A stretch of DNA of 64,000 nt from Lytechinus pictus. Taxonomy: Eukaryota. The DNA is taken from contig NC_087246.1 in the NCBI RefSeq assembly GCF_037042905.1, positions 7,628,001-7,692,000 of the forward strand, written 5' to 3'. Positions 26,610 to 39,594 of the stretch are shown in pieces. The notes below the pieces were generated by a model. That model was not told where the DNA came from and made no database searches. It saw nothing but the letters and a program-made list of their open reading frames with translations. The translations under genes were made by a program, and so were the position numbers. The stretch's first letter is position 1, and each line of letters opens with the position of its first letter.

Positions 26610-27963
26610 TTTAATAATGTTTTATTTTCTTCCTCTTTCAAATCAATAGGTATACAATCAGAATTCATTTAAGTCAAGATTTGTACATGTATACGAAACA
26701 AATAGATATATCAATATCAATGAGATTACAAATTAATTACAATGAAGCTAACTGCTCAATAACAATGAATGCAGGGGTACATATCAATCGACATAAAAAG
26801 ACTTTGTAAAAGGTGACTTTTTTCCTTGAACAGAATAGAAATAATCTCTTTTGCACATAATTGTACAAGAAAAAAAATTAAAGGTTAATTAGAGAAAGGT
26901 TATTAGCCTAAAGCGTCCCTACACACTCATAACCTTACCCCCACAACCCCTCCCCCAGTCACTCACACGAGCTCACTTCAAAACTCAGCACCACCCACAA
27001 CCCCCCCCCCCCCTTCCCCGTCACAAAACTCACACATTCACATATACACGATAAATCCTGCTCTGGTACAACTATCTCTATTTGAACAAATAAACAAAAC
27101 AAAAACAAAATGAAGCAACCAATACATCCATATTATTAGGAAAGGTATGCATTATTTTTTTTCCCCATTTTCTTACATGTAAGTGCTCCCCCAGCTTCCC
27201 TTTTTAAACACTATTTGATATCCCGTATCTCTATATTCTTTAACCAAATGTGTCACTTTCTGTACGGTCGGCAATATTCCATGTTTTCTTGAACTACAAA
27301 TAATATACTTGATTAATAATATAATATAATTTATTAAATATACTCCTTTAGTATTTCCAGATACCCCCATAAAATTGTTTTAAAACTGTCACTGCCAAGT
27401 TCATTCAGTTGAAATATGTTACTCATCTCTTCCCATAATCGCTCAACTTAAGGACAATAAAAAAACAAATGTTGGTAACACTCAACTTTTTTTTAAAAAA
27501 AATGAACAATAATGATCTGTCTCAAAACCAAATTTAAAAAGTTCCCTTTTCGTGTATACAGCCCCTTGAAATTATTTGTATTGACATTCTCTGTGTTTAT
27601 TGCATAGCATTGCCCATTTCAGTCTCAGAAATACTTCTTTCAATTCCCCCATTCCCATATCACATTCTGAATGCCCATATGTAACATGAAAAACATAATC
27701 ATTTTGAAATTTTTCACTGAAGTGGTCAAATATTTTCGTCTGGATTTTATATCACATAGTTTCTGAACATGCCCAAATATCAATTAAATTTCAAAGTTGT
27801 TTGTATCCATTTCCATGAAATCACCTTGTATTCACTCGTTTGTTATTACTGAAAATATCTTTTGAATTTTGAGCAAGTTTTCAGATGAAAATTTTAGATT
27901 ATACCAGTATGAAATTTGTTTTATGATATCCGAGACGTTAACTATACCTTTCTGAAATAATTC
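26610..27963 (-). mobile_element. Degraded 3' end of an L1/Tx1-type LINE (zf-RVT region + 3'UTR)
   Basis: Minus-strand ECYQHLFFYC..VERLWEE, INYIILLIKYII and other Tx1 C-terminal features, with stops. Confidence 0.7.
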
Positions 27964-27965
27964 TA

Positions 27966-28456
27966 CAGTGCGTATAAAAAAACCGGGACAGATTTTAAAA
28001 GTCTATTAAAAATTTTTGTTTCAAACTATGCTGTCTATATTTTGGTGTTAATATGTGCTCTGAAGTCTTATCTTTTAAATGTCATCAACAAAATTTAGTT
28101 TCGTTCATGCTTAAGCGAACACGGAATGTTTTTGCATGGGATTAAAAATGAGGCTTGCGCCAGAATGGCATAAAATGATAAATATGATGATCGGACTTAT
28201 TGCTAATCAGCGTACTTCCTCTAATCTTTTCATTTTTTTGCCACCGTTTTCAAATTATGCGGTCAAAATATCGTTTTCAAAGCTATTTGATGCTTGAATT
28301 GTTCTGTTGTTGTTTCTTTTTGATATGTTCTCTTCTAGCTTTGAATATTCCTTCTTCAAGCAAAAGGGGTTTTTCAACCAAATTATGGGAGAGCTTGTAT
28401 TTGTTTCAAATCATTTTATTGTGTGCTACAAAGGTTATGGTGCTTTTTGAACAGTG
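27966..28456 (+). mobile_element. One end of a Tc1/mariner-type non-autonomous element
   Basis: ta|cagtgcgtataaaaaaaaccgggaca start; second TIR not seen. Confidence 0.5.
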
Positions 28457-30906
28457 TCATACAGATGGGCGGAGGTGCTGTGAAAAGAACGTAATTGACT
28501 TCCAAATAACATCAGCGTACTGTTGAAGGACGCCACCGACTGCTACATCTGATGCGTCAACCATCAAGTTAGTTTGGAGATCTGTTGAAGGATGTACAAG
28601 CAAAGCAGCATTGGCGAGTTCCTCCTTCGCACGCTCGAATGCACTGATGCGCTCTTCCGTCCACTCAACTGCCTTGGTTGATCTCTTCGGCTGACCACGG
28701 AGCATGTCGGTAAGTGGTGCGAGGATAGCTACTGCCTTGGGGATAAATCGTCGATAAAAAGTGACAAGTCCTAGAAAACGACGGAGCTGTCGAATAGAAG
28801 AAGGACGAGCAAATTCGCGGATCTCCTCTACGCGCTTCTCGAGGGGTCGAATGCCATCTGCGCTGATGTGGTGTCCCAAGAAGATGAGAGAGCTCACACC
28901 AAACACACACATGGCAGGGGTGATCACAATACCATTCTCGTGAAGGCGAGCAAAAAGAAGTCGGAGATGTTCTTTATGCTCTTCCTCTGTTGCACTAGCA
29001 ACTAGCATGGCGTCGATGTACACAAAGACAAAAGGCAAGCCCCTGACCACTTCGTCCATCAAACGCTGGAAGGATTGGGCTGCATTTCGAAGTCCGAAAG
29101 GCATTCGCGTAAACTCGAAGAGTACGAAGGGTGTGGTAATTGCTGTCTTCGGTATATCAGATGGTTCAACGGGTATCTGATGATATGCCTTGACGAGATT
29201 TATCTTCGAAAAGATCTTCTTGCCATTCAATGATGCTGTAAAGTCCTGGATATGTGGGACTGGGTAGCGATCTGGTACAGTTCGAGCGTTAAGAGCACGG
29301 TAATCCCCACATAGGCGCCCATCACCTGGTGTAGATTTGGGAACCATGTGGAGCGGGGATGCCCAATTGCTACTCGACAGTCTAACGATCCCCAGTTCCT
29401 GCATATGTTCGAACTCAGAACGTGCTATTGTCAGGCGATCAGCAGCTAAACGACGTGGACGTGCGGAACATGGAGGTCCTGTCGTTACAATGTGGTGCGT
29501 AACAGAATGTTTGACAGCTTTGGGGCGATAATCAGGACGAGTGATGTCTGGGTACTCCTTTTAGATGGCGTTATACTCATCACTGCCTGTAGTCGATGAA
29601 CGTGAAAACATAGGACTGACAGACTGCGCGTGAAGTGGAGCACGGATGCCGTAGATCGTGAGCTTTGTAGTGGAGTCAAGAAGTTTTCGATGCTTAACAT
29701 CTAAAATCAATCCAAATTCATTCAAGAAATCGGCTCCAATAATGGGTGTAGGAAGATCGGCAATCACGAAAACAAAACGAAAATCCTTCGAAGGCCCAAG
29801 TCCAAAGTGATGGAGCGTTCACCATACGTAGGAATGCGAGACTCGTTAACCGCTTCCAAATGTGAACTCTGAATGTGTATGCCGTTGTCTGTCAACTGCA
29901 GATGGCGTGATTATGCTGACTTCAGCTCCAGTATCTACTAAAAATTGAGTACCACTGATCCGATCATGAATGTAGAACAAGCGGTCATTCTTATTCTTAG
30001 CACCAGCACGGGTCGTCGCTCTCGATCCCGGCTGGCTCGGTCGTTTCCCTGAGCATGGGTGTTGGAAGAAGGCTGTTGAGAATCACTCGAAAACAAAGAA
30101 GCGTAATTAAAGTTACATGGCGGTGTACACTTGCGAGCTCATGCACCATGCTTCCAGTGATACCAACAGGACGCTTTTGACTACTACTCCTGCTACGTTG
30201 TCTATTTGGACGATGAGGGCGCCTATTTGGAGATCGACCACGTTCATTTTGAAGTTGCGTAGTCTACTATTTTGTCTACTTGCTGTCTAAGTGGTGACAA
30301 CTCTGAACTAGAAGTAGAAGATGAGGGCGAACTAACAGCAGAAACAGTACATGTTGAACCAACATCAATGATTCTATCAGCCAAGTCTGCCAACTGTGTC
30401 ACCTTCATGTCGTCGCGGCTTGACGCTAGAATTGTCTGGACATGATGTGGAAGTCGCTGCAAAAATAAATGTTTGAAGATTGTTTCATCAAAATTATCAC
30501 TTCCAAGCAGTTGCTCCATTCTACATAATAACTGGGAGTGTTTTCGATCCCATAGTTCCTCTTGGGTAAGTAGCTGGTGGAGTCTTTTCTGCTCTGAGAC
30601 TAATGTTCTGCGAATCAATTCCGCTTTGAGGTGCGAGTACGGTGTGTCCTTAGGAGGGTTCATTACAATATCCCTGACTTCCTGCGCAATCTCAGGTTGA
30701 AGTGCAGACACAATGTACGCAAACTGAGTCTCCTCTGAAGTAATTCCCCTCGTTGTGAACTGAGCTTGTACTTGAGCGAACCATACAGCGGGATCGTTCG
30801 GCCAGTATGGGGGAAGCTTTAAGGCGACTGCAGCGACATGCGATACCTCAGCAGATGGATTAGCTGATTGTTGATTTATGATGAAAATTGTTGCGACCTG
30901 AAAAAT
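28457..30906 (-). mobile_element. Gypsy LTR retrotransposon internal region (gag, protease, RT, partial RNase H), degraded and 3'-truncated
   Basis: gag VAAVALKLPPYWPNDPAVWFAQ, CWYH..C..PC; protease [46 protein letters not shown] (catalytic D lost); RNase [15 protein letters not shown]. Confidence 0.93.
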
Positions 30907-30916
30907 GGGGTCACCA
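30907..30916 (-). promoter_or_regulatory. Primer-binding site TGGTGACCCC
   Basis: Two bases after the LTR terminal CA on the minus strand. Confidence 0.8.
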
Positions 30917-30918
30917 AT

Positions 30919-31242
30919 TGTAAGAAATTAGGTCTTACTTAAAATAAATATATCTGATTGACTCACCAGCACTGGGTTCCTTTTATATGCAAAGGCGAAG
31001 ATGTAGAAAATCAAATGACTATAAATTCATCGGGATCCTTTAATGCGATGTCCATGAACAAGATAAATGTTAAATATATATATATATATACAATAGATGG
31101 AGAAGAACGATGTCGCGATGAAGAACGACCGCACCCGTCAGGCCTCAGCGAAACGTGTCGCGAATAGGGTGACACGAGGTGTTCTCCTAGAGATATTGCA
31201 CGCTCCCACTTGGATAACACAAGCGATGGCTATATATTTACA
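30919..31242 (-). mobile_element. 5' LTR (324 bp) of the Gypsy element
   Basis: Minus strand begins TGTAAAT, ends CTTACA, then PBS. Confidence 0.8.
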
Positions 31243-31642
31243 TATGTCGAAATCAAAAGGATGAAAATGAAGAACTTGAAATCCTGATGATGTAAAATAA
31301 ATCCAGAGTATGAGCTATTTGTTGTGGTGCAAAGAAGATGACTAACAGAAATTGTACATGTCCTTACTAGGTGAAGACTTTCTACTAAGTGTGTTGAAGT
31401 GTAAAAATTAACCATGAGGTTGCTCTCAGCTTAAATCTGACTGGCTAGTAGTTGCTAAGTGAGAAAAACATCCACTTAAAAATAGACAGGAGCATTCCAT
31501 GGCTTAGAAAATGAACATGAACGAATTCCTGGCTGTTGTGTGAACATCTTGGATAAAGGATGACTGGGCAAGTAGGTGCACAAAAGAATCAAGTTGAATA
31601 GGCTAACTGAGAAGTGCTCCATCAAAAGAATTAATTAAGTTG

Positions 31643-31859
31643 AAAATCAGCTGTCTTTGCATGATCAATGTAAACAAAGTAGTGATCAAGCTCTGATCAT
31701 GTTGAAATCAGTGTTTGATGACAAGAAAACCACTACAGATTGATAAACTTGTAAATCAGCTGTCTTTGCATGATCAATGTAAACATAGTAGTGATCAAGC
31801 TCTGATCATGTTGAAATCAGTGTTTGATGAAAAGAAAACCACTACAGATTGATAAACTT
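31643..31859. repeat. Tandem duplication of a ~110-bp unit
   Basis: aaatcagctgtctttgcatg...gattgataaactt twice, nearly identical. Confidence 0.9.
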
Positions 31860-31955
31860 CATGAATTTGTTAGCACTTTGCTTTGTGAATTTCACTCTAT
31901 TTATTTAGAAATAAATATTTCAGCGCCCGGACCATCCCTTTAAGTTTCATCACAT

Positions 31956-32204
31956 GGAGCGTTGTGGCCCAGTGGTTTAGTCTTCGGACTTTGAAACAGA
32001 GGGTCGTGGGTTCGAATCCCAGCCATGGCGTAATTTCCTTCAGCAAGGAACTGATCCACAGTGTGCTGCACTCAACCCAGGTGAGGTAAATTCCTTAAAA
32101 GCTGTGTGCGCTATGAACGCCTAGCTTAGCCGGGTAATATAGGAGCGCCTTGAGCACCTAATAAGGTGGATATGTGCGCAATATAAATACCCTATATTAT
32201 TATT
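31956..32204 (+). mobile_element. tRNA-derived SINE, full head
   Basis: A box tggcccagtgg, B box ggttcgaatcc, central ccttcagcaagg..cactcaacccaggtg domain, gcgccttgag 3' part, (ATT)n tail; three further partial copies in the window. Confidence 0.88.
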
Positions 32205-33154
32205 GTTATCATAACAATTAACATAAGAAAATTCAGCTTTGAATGTTGATTAAAAAATAGATCTCAGTTAAAATGCAATCTACGATTTTGTTTTACATGT
32301 TGGATAACCAATTTTTAATGCGATACTGGCCCCTTGAAGTTTTTGTTGCGAAAAAATACATTTGTCCAAATTTCTATCTATTTTTTCATTTCCTTTTTTA
32401 GTAAAAAGGGCCTATTTTCTTACAAATATATTTTTTACAAATGAAATTGCTTCAATTGTTGTTCTCCTATTCATACTATTTTTTTACAGGTGAAATAGGC
32501 TAAACTAAAAATAGGATATTTAATTTTCATTTTAGGCCTACTATATTTTTGCTTTATATCCCCGGTTTATGTCTTTGCAACCTTGCAATATGTAAGCCAG
32601 GCTGGTTTATATCTATTTCTTTTTAAATAAAATAAATTTGTATATTTTCAATCTAATTTTATGATGCGAGGCTATATAGTCTGCAACTATGTTTTTAATT
32701 GCAAGAACAATCTTGCATCTCTGTTCACATATCAGGATGCCAGTTTATTTTGCTTCTTTTTACTTATTTGTATGACGTTTGTATCTATATATTTTCAAAC
32801 TATTTTCCTTCGTTAAAGTGTCACGATGTCATATTATTTTTTTTACCTAGTTGGCAAAGTTTATTATCTTTGCTTATGTTTCGCTTCCAAAATGGTATCT
32901 TTATTTCCTTGCCTTGTTCCCCCACCCCTTATCAAAATACCCTGCCGGCACTTGATCTAAGATTACTTTCTTTTACTTCCTGAAACTTATAAGGGAATAT
33001 TTCCTTCGATCGCAAGACAGGATAATTAAAAAAATAAAAAAATTCGGCCGATGAAAATCGTGAATTGTAAAATACTTGCATTAGCTAATAAATATTCATG
33101 AGCTAAGCCTACGTATAGTAGAAATAATTTTACTCCCTAGACGCCTCCAGGCTA

Positions 33155-33453
33155 GTCATGACAAGTCTCTCAGTCACATTTCGTCGTAACAGCTGTATTT
33201 TGACTGCGATCTTGAAGACATCGATCGTTCGAATCCTCAGTCAGACATCGCTTCGCTCGCATTATCTGGTTGCTAACTTCAGTCCATATCAACATTACAG
33301 CGACGGCGAATCCAAGCGATCCACGAAGCGATGTCTATGGATAAGATCAACGACGTCGAGATCGAAGCCGAAATACAGCCGTTCTCGATCACGATATTTT
33401 GTAAAGCAATGGGTTTATTGACATCGAAATGTGACTACGAGACTTGTCATGAC
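33155..33453. mobile_element. ~300-bp MITE-like element
   Basis: 29-bp TIR gtcatgacaagtctc..agtcacatttcg / cgaaatgtgact..gagacttgtcatgac; TSD unclear. Confidence 0.65.
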
Positions 33454-33829
33454 ATTGGGAACAAGTATTGGTGATGAGGTATGCTGGTAATCGGCCGGTG
33501 CGAAACTGCATTAGCGCCAGATCGGGGACGACAACCTAACCAAATGTAAATATTTATGACACCTCCAAACCGTCAACCTGTCAACTTCTTTCTTAATGAT
33601 AGACGGTAGTGGCATCACATGGAAAGCCAAGAGGCTCCAAAAGGACACCGATGGGTGCATTACGTGCCGCTGCGTGCAATCTCAACAATTACATGGTAAT
33701 CCCTACCTCGAGCGAAGTTTGTGCAGGCTCCACCTAACTACCGCTACACTACGCTCCACCTACTCGAACTTCGAGACTGTGAACTCGATCTGATATTCCG
33801 AGTGACAGAGGTGGGATTTTATGGGGGGG

Positions 33830-34560
33830 GGGTAATATAAAATTCATTCTTACTTTACACAAAGTTTCATTTCTTTTCCATGCTTTTATCAGTCTCAAAA
33901 TTGGTGATTTAGAGCCAACATGAAGTTCCTCACACATGTTCATAATTCGCTACCGATTTCAAAACATTGCATGCGGATGCAATATGAGCGAGATACCGGG
34001 TCTGGTCCGAGCTCAGACTCGACCGGCCTCACGAAAAAAATCAACTCTACAATCTTCAAAAAAAGTGCTCTGGGAGAAAATGGTCACAAATTGTCACCAG
34101 TGAAGCAGTCCGTCAATTGACCATCCACCCGTAGCCTCTGGTAGATTATAGGACAAAGTATATTACAGTTCAATTTATCAAGTTCATCGGCTATCAAAGT
34201 GTTATGTGCAGATAACGGGATAACAATCGTACACTGTTACGTTTCCGTTACTCATATTTATTCCATTAGTAATGAGTTTTATTCTGGAGTTTTGACTCTC
34301 GATATAGAGTCTCCAAAGGCCTCCAATTTTCTGCACTCCCCTTATTTCACGTCCTTGTACGCTACTCAGTAGACATTTGTATACTTCCTGGTTTGTTAAC
34401 GTATTTTCATCTACTGATGGTATGTCCTTATGTTTAATGAAGACAGCCTTACCTCCGATTGGTTGTGAAGACGGGAGATCAATACTCGTTTTCATAGCGT
34501 ATGACGTGTCACTACGTGCCGCCATATTCAAAATTCCAAATTCGGCTGAGACTCGTGAAT
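33830..34560 (-). pseudogene. Degraded L1/Tx1-type ORF1 (gag-like) fragment
   Basis: AVFIKHKDI, IRGVQKIGGLWRLYIES, LRVDGQLTDCFTGD; homologous to the 61406-62308 ORF1. Confidence 0.7.
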
Positions 34561-34739
34561 TGAAATCCGTATTTGCAGGGTCACAAAAAAGTCATCCAAA
34601 GTCAATTTCTAGATAGAAAGTTTAACTGGGTTCTCCAAATCAAATCAAATGACGGTGAAGGATAATCCTCAATGACAATGTCTTTACAGTGTTGTGTGCC
34701 TTCATGTAGAATTTAATTTCAATGTTTAAGTCATCACCA

Positions 34740-35312
34740 CGTCATAATATGTGAAGATATCATAGTTGAGTATAAAAGACGTCATATTCATTTCAATATG
34801 TGACGTCAATATGACATCTAGTACTAGTCAGCAATACGCTGCAAAGTCGTCATTAAGACGTCGTAATTGACAACACAAAGCAGTCATAATTACATCAATA
34901 TGACGTCTGAAACTGGTCAGGAATATGTTGCAAAGTTGTCATTAAGACGTCGTAGTTGACTTTTAAAAGACGTCATAATTACATCAATGTGACGTCTTAA
35001 ACCAGTCAGGAAAATGTTAAACGGACGTCATTAGGACGTCATAGTCGACTTTTGAAGACGTCATAATCACGTCAATACACAACGTCAATCTGACCTTGAT
35101 ACTGGTCAGGAAAACCTTGTATAGACGTCAGTAAGACGTCATAGTCACTCTTGGAGACGTCCTTATAACGTCAATATACGACGTCATAATGACCTTTTCG
35201 CGGGTGCAAGATCTCGTCTTTAAGACGTCACGCTACAACGTCAATATGACGTGAGACTCGTCGTAAAAACGACATAAATATGACGTCATTTTACCAGTTT
35301 CTGCTATCAGGA
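34740..35312. repeat. GACGTC-rich tandem array (~90-100-bp units), probably the subterminal region of a DNA transposon
   Basis: Repeated gacgtcataat..tgacgtc..gtcagga..aagacgtc units; full TGACGTCA at 34801 and 35281. Confidence 0.8.
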
Positions 35313-35739
35313 ATAAAGACACACTCTAAAAATTGAAAACCAAAGGGCGGAAAGGGGAAATTCTCTCTTTAATAGGGCCGAGGAGGGAAATCTTTTAATA
35401 AAGGTGGGAAACGCTGTCACTCCTGGGCCCTCTTCCACCCTCTTCGCCTTTCGTGTTTTTAGTGTGCATGAAACAGAACTATTTCAGTGACCACATCTAG
35501 AAACGAGACTATGCATACCACACTACTTTCATCCAAAGGCAAAGAATATATGAGAGAAAAAGGTATCCCCATGTTGTATTTTATTAATTTTCGGGGACCT
35601 AATCAAAGTGTAAACTTTCCATTGATACCCACTGTATATGCGTGTATTATATATATATGAATTCACAAAATTATACATGTACAACTGATACCTTTGATAA
35701 TTATTTTATTTAAAACTTGTGAAACAATACAGGGAAATA

Positions 35740-36189
35740 GAATAATTCTCTATCTGTATTATATTTTGTAGGTCCCAGACATTGGAATGAGATTCCCCAA
35801 ATAATAACTAATTCACAATTTATATCTTCCTTTAAAAAACAGTACAAAAATTTTCTGTTAAATGATTATTAATTTTCGCAGTTTATATCAATGCATTACT
35901 TGTACCCTATCTAACCCCCCCCCTCGATTCGTGTCTTTTTGTATTCTTTGTTGTTGTTTTTTTCTCCTTTTTCCTATATTATATTAGCTATAATGATATG
36001 ATATTCTGGTTTTTTATTGATATTGTTGTCATTTTACTATGTTTTGGCGATCCAGCCTCACAGGTTTCTAATAACCTTCATGGAAAGCCACGCAATTTAT
36101 TTATTACCTAATCACATGTATTGATGTTTCTTTGTATTTTTATCCTATTTTGCGAAATAAAGATTGAATTGAATTGAATTGAATTGAAT
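35740..36189 (+). mobile_element. Short L2-type LINE 3' end
   Basis: GPRHWNEIP..SSFKKQYKNFLL* then 3' hairpin and (GAATT)n tail. Confidence 0.7.
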
Positions 36190-37251
36190 ATTAATGATTA
36201 TGGTTTTTAGAAGAAAGCAAATTACGAAAAATTGCTGATATGGCTGGAGTTTTTAGGGGGAGGGGCGGTCTTATATAAATACATTACTGACAGCTGTACG
36301 TGCTTAAGTACATTTTAGGATATCAGCTAAATAACATGGCAACTTAGACAAAGAAGATAATATGTTTGTTATGCAATCTCTTATGATCTCTTCCTAAATC
36401 TTTTTTTTAATATTCTTACCTCCTCTCTCTCTCTCTCCCCCCTCCATCACATTATATTTCTCTCTCTCTCTCTCTCTCCTATCCTCTTTCTCTTCATTCT
36501 CTCCTATTCTTTCTGTATCTCACCACCCATCTTTTCTCCTTCTCTCTCTATTTTATTGTTCCTTCGTCCCAGTTCTCTCTACTTGTTCTCCTCTCTTTCA
36601 AATGCGTGTGCGTCGCAATGTGATTTGTTTTCATTACTGAAGTTTGAATAATTAGCGACTATCTGTACTGTTTCAGTAGAACAAAATAGGTATATAAACT
36701 CTCTGTATATGATACTTTATTTGAATTATTTACCCATTGCATAATCTCCACTTCTCAATCTCCTTATACTTTAGATACATCACTAATTCAAAATCTCTAT
36801 ATCCTCGACAGTCAGATTTATTCAATTCACTTACATCATAAATCCTTCCCTTCCGCTTTCTCGTATACTATCTTTCAAGTAAATTTTGAAGCTTCTGCAA
36901 TTACTTATATTCTTTACAATTAGTTGAAAATATTCTGTTGATTCATATTAACCCCCAAATTATTAATGATTTTATATTTCTTTATGCTTGGCATATTGTA
37001 TTTACTTTTTTATACTTCTTATTAAATATCACTGAAGCTTTTATATTGTTTTTATGTAAAAGTTCTGTACGATTCAGCTATTGCTGCGAACAATCTTGAA
37101 AAAAATACCATTATTATTGCAACTTGTTACCGCAAAAATGGAGGGATTTCATAAAATAAATACATGCTAAAGAAGTCATTTAATATTCATAATCAGTATG
37201 ATGAGTTAAAGAAATATCATTTTCAATGTAGGAAAAGAATCATTAGCATAC

Positions 37252-37324
37252 CTCATCGGTGTGTTTCCCATTCTTTCAGGATGATACTATCAAGTTCGAT
37301 GGAAATTAAAAATGCAAGATCAAC
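37252..37324 (-). CDS. Candidate start-codon exon (5'UTR + MGNTPM, phase 2) of the death-domain gene
   Basis: Acceptor ttttcttttacgtcttcattgccag|, donor gag|gtatgc; ATG at 37271 in agaATGG context with in-frame upstream stops; phase 2 matches the DD exon. Confidence 0.45.
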
Positions 37325-38430
37325 CTGGCAATGAAGACGTAAAAGAAAAATAAATAAAATTATTGATTTCCGTATGAAAAAGATTACCGATATACGAATA
37401 GAATATACACACTAAGAAAAGGCTTATCCCTATACGAGTACCCCTAGCCGTGCATACGTACACCCCAAATAGGGGTGTACAGTGTGCACCCTTATTTGGG
37501 GTGACCATCTACACCTTAGACGGTACGTCAATCAGGGTACTAATGGATAATTCGTTTTTTCCTTTCTAATCATCGAAGAGCAAAAACGGAAATCAGCCCC
37601 GTGGTTCGGTCTTTGAAAACAAAAACACGAAATCACAGCGAGAAAAAACGTGCTGTGATTTCGTTTTTGTAGATTTTTTACTTGTGCTGATAGTTGTGAT
37701 TCAAGTAGCTCTATTAACTATTTCTTTAAAACTATACGTAATCAAATGTGTTTTTGAAACAATTATCATCACATAAATATTTAATATTTTAAAAAATTAA
37801 CTCACTCCGGTAAAGTGTGGCGTAAGTGCATTGTTATTTCGGGTAATCTTCGATCACAAATCAACTTTATCTATACCATACGTCTGTCAGCGAGACTGGT
37901 GAGTGCACGAAAAGATTACATGGGTGTATAATAGACATGGACTCTAGCATAAGTTATAACTTGCACCTCGATGGTATTGATTAAGGAGTGTACGCACGTT
38001 AGTGTGTAAAAGAAAATATTTACCACGTTATCAGAGTCATATTTAAACATTACTCGAATAAATATTAATCACTGTGGAGAAAAAAATGACAAAGGAGCTC
38101 TGATATCCAATTCAAATTAAACTACATTGAAAAACGCATTTCAAGTAAATGATTTGGCTTCCGTTAAAAAAACTAAAAGATCATTTAAGAAATCAATACA
38201 AATACAAATTATTGAGACTAATGAAATGCACAGAACTGTAATTTACTAAAAAAAGTGTTAATTTCATGTGTCTAAGAAATTCTACAATCTGCGGCCAATA
38301 ATGACGTGGTAATTGTACCAGTGAAAGTATTGTAGCATAATGAGTTTTACCGTTAAGATGTATTTCATAGGTAAATCGTAAAGGGCGATATGTCTATGTT
38401 GTATGCTTTGCGATTATTGGAGAAGTACAT

Positions 38431-38593
38431 CTGGGGAGCGTTTCATGAAAGGACTTGTCGGACGTTTTATCCGACAAGTCCTGTTTTATCCGACAGTTAC
38501 TATAGTAACAGTGCTCCTCAACCAATCAGAATCCAGGAAAGATGTCAGATCTGACAACTTGTCGGACGAAAATATTGATGAAACGCCCCCCAG
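38431..38593. mobile_element. Short MITE
   Basis: TIR ctggggagcgtttcat / atgaaacgccccccag. Confidence 0.7.
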
Positions 38594-38644
38594 GTCGCTG
38601 GGAGCTTCGGTGGCGTGCGGTTGTAACGTTGCTTCATTTGCATG

Positions 38645-39594
38645 ATTTATTTATTTATTTTATCTATTTTCAGTTTTATTTAATCAGGGTGGCCTCATCA
38701 GTTAAAGTGATTGTTTAACATTGGTTTGACTTTTTTAAAATCTGAGCTAGAAGGTCACACTTGTCACCTGTGTCTGTGATATGTTACAAAAATGAAGCCC
38801 AGAAAAAATTGCGTTCGAAAATAATTATTTAGTGCTTCAAAAATTGAAATATAAAGTGACCGGAAACACCACCTTAATTTTATCCCATACACTAATGTGT
38901 ACTATTTAGGCGTCTATTAGACGCCTAATTACAAAATCGGGGATTGCCTTGTAGTTTTAACTTTTCATTCTCAATAATGGTTGTTTTCGGGGTTTATTAG
39001 TTCTAATACATGCACTTGCACACATGTTTCATCTTGGTTTAAGAATTTTTTAAATCAGCTGCTCACAAAGTTAAACAATACCTTTAACAAACTGCTGTCC
39101 TTGAGGGCCCTGAGAAAAAAATCAATATGTACAGTATTTACAAAGAATGAATACATACATCAAAATGGCATACACTAAAACAACAAATAAAAACATTAAA
39201 AATACAATCTAATAAAAGATCAACATTGAATTTCAAGAAACAAAGTAAAAAGAAAAGGCTATTGGAAATTGCAGGCATACGATTTATTGGGAAAAGAATG
39301 GATGAATGGTGACAGAGTTATGTTCACTTGATCGGTAATAATTTGAGCCGAGAATGTAATGTTTGCCAAATTAGAATATGAATATGATTGAATAACGCAA
39401 TGTTACTCCTCTTCGTTGCATTCATTTGTTAAACGAGGCACGGAATGAATTGAGGGACATAGCGTGGCGTTGATCTTTTCTAAGATTACTCCATTCTGTG
39501 GTCCCGATGTACTGAAAAGTCCTCTTGCCACTATTATTATGTAGAGGAGCACTGTTAACTTGCAGGGAGGCAGAGGACATTGATCTAGTGCTTA
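38645..39594 (-). mobile_element. L2/CR1-type LINE 3' end (continues at 44295-44330)
   Basis: STRSMSSASLQV..SGKRTFQYIGTTEWSNL..SLNSFR; 3' hairpin cagggccctc..gaggccaccctg; (AAAT)n tail. Confidence 0.75.
38706..39083. mobile_element. Kolobok-like MITE (TTAA TSD) inserted in the LINE 3' hairpin
   Basis: ttaa|agtgattgtttaac ... gttaaacaatacct|ttaa. Confidence 0.75.

Noticed and set aside
31108..31163. Hammerhead-like cgatga...cgaaacgtgtc in the Gypsy LTR
   Set aside because: No CUGA core and no convincing stem II closing at GAAA.
31956..32030. tRNA gene (TTG loop)
   Set aside because: Imperfect cloverleaf running directly into a SINE body and tail present in several copies.
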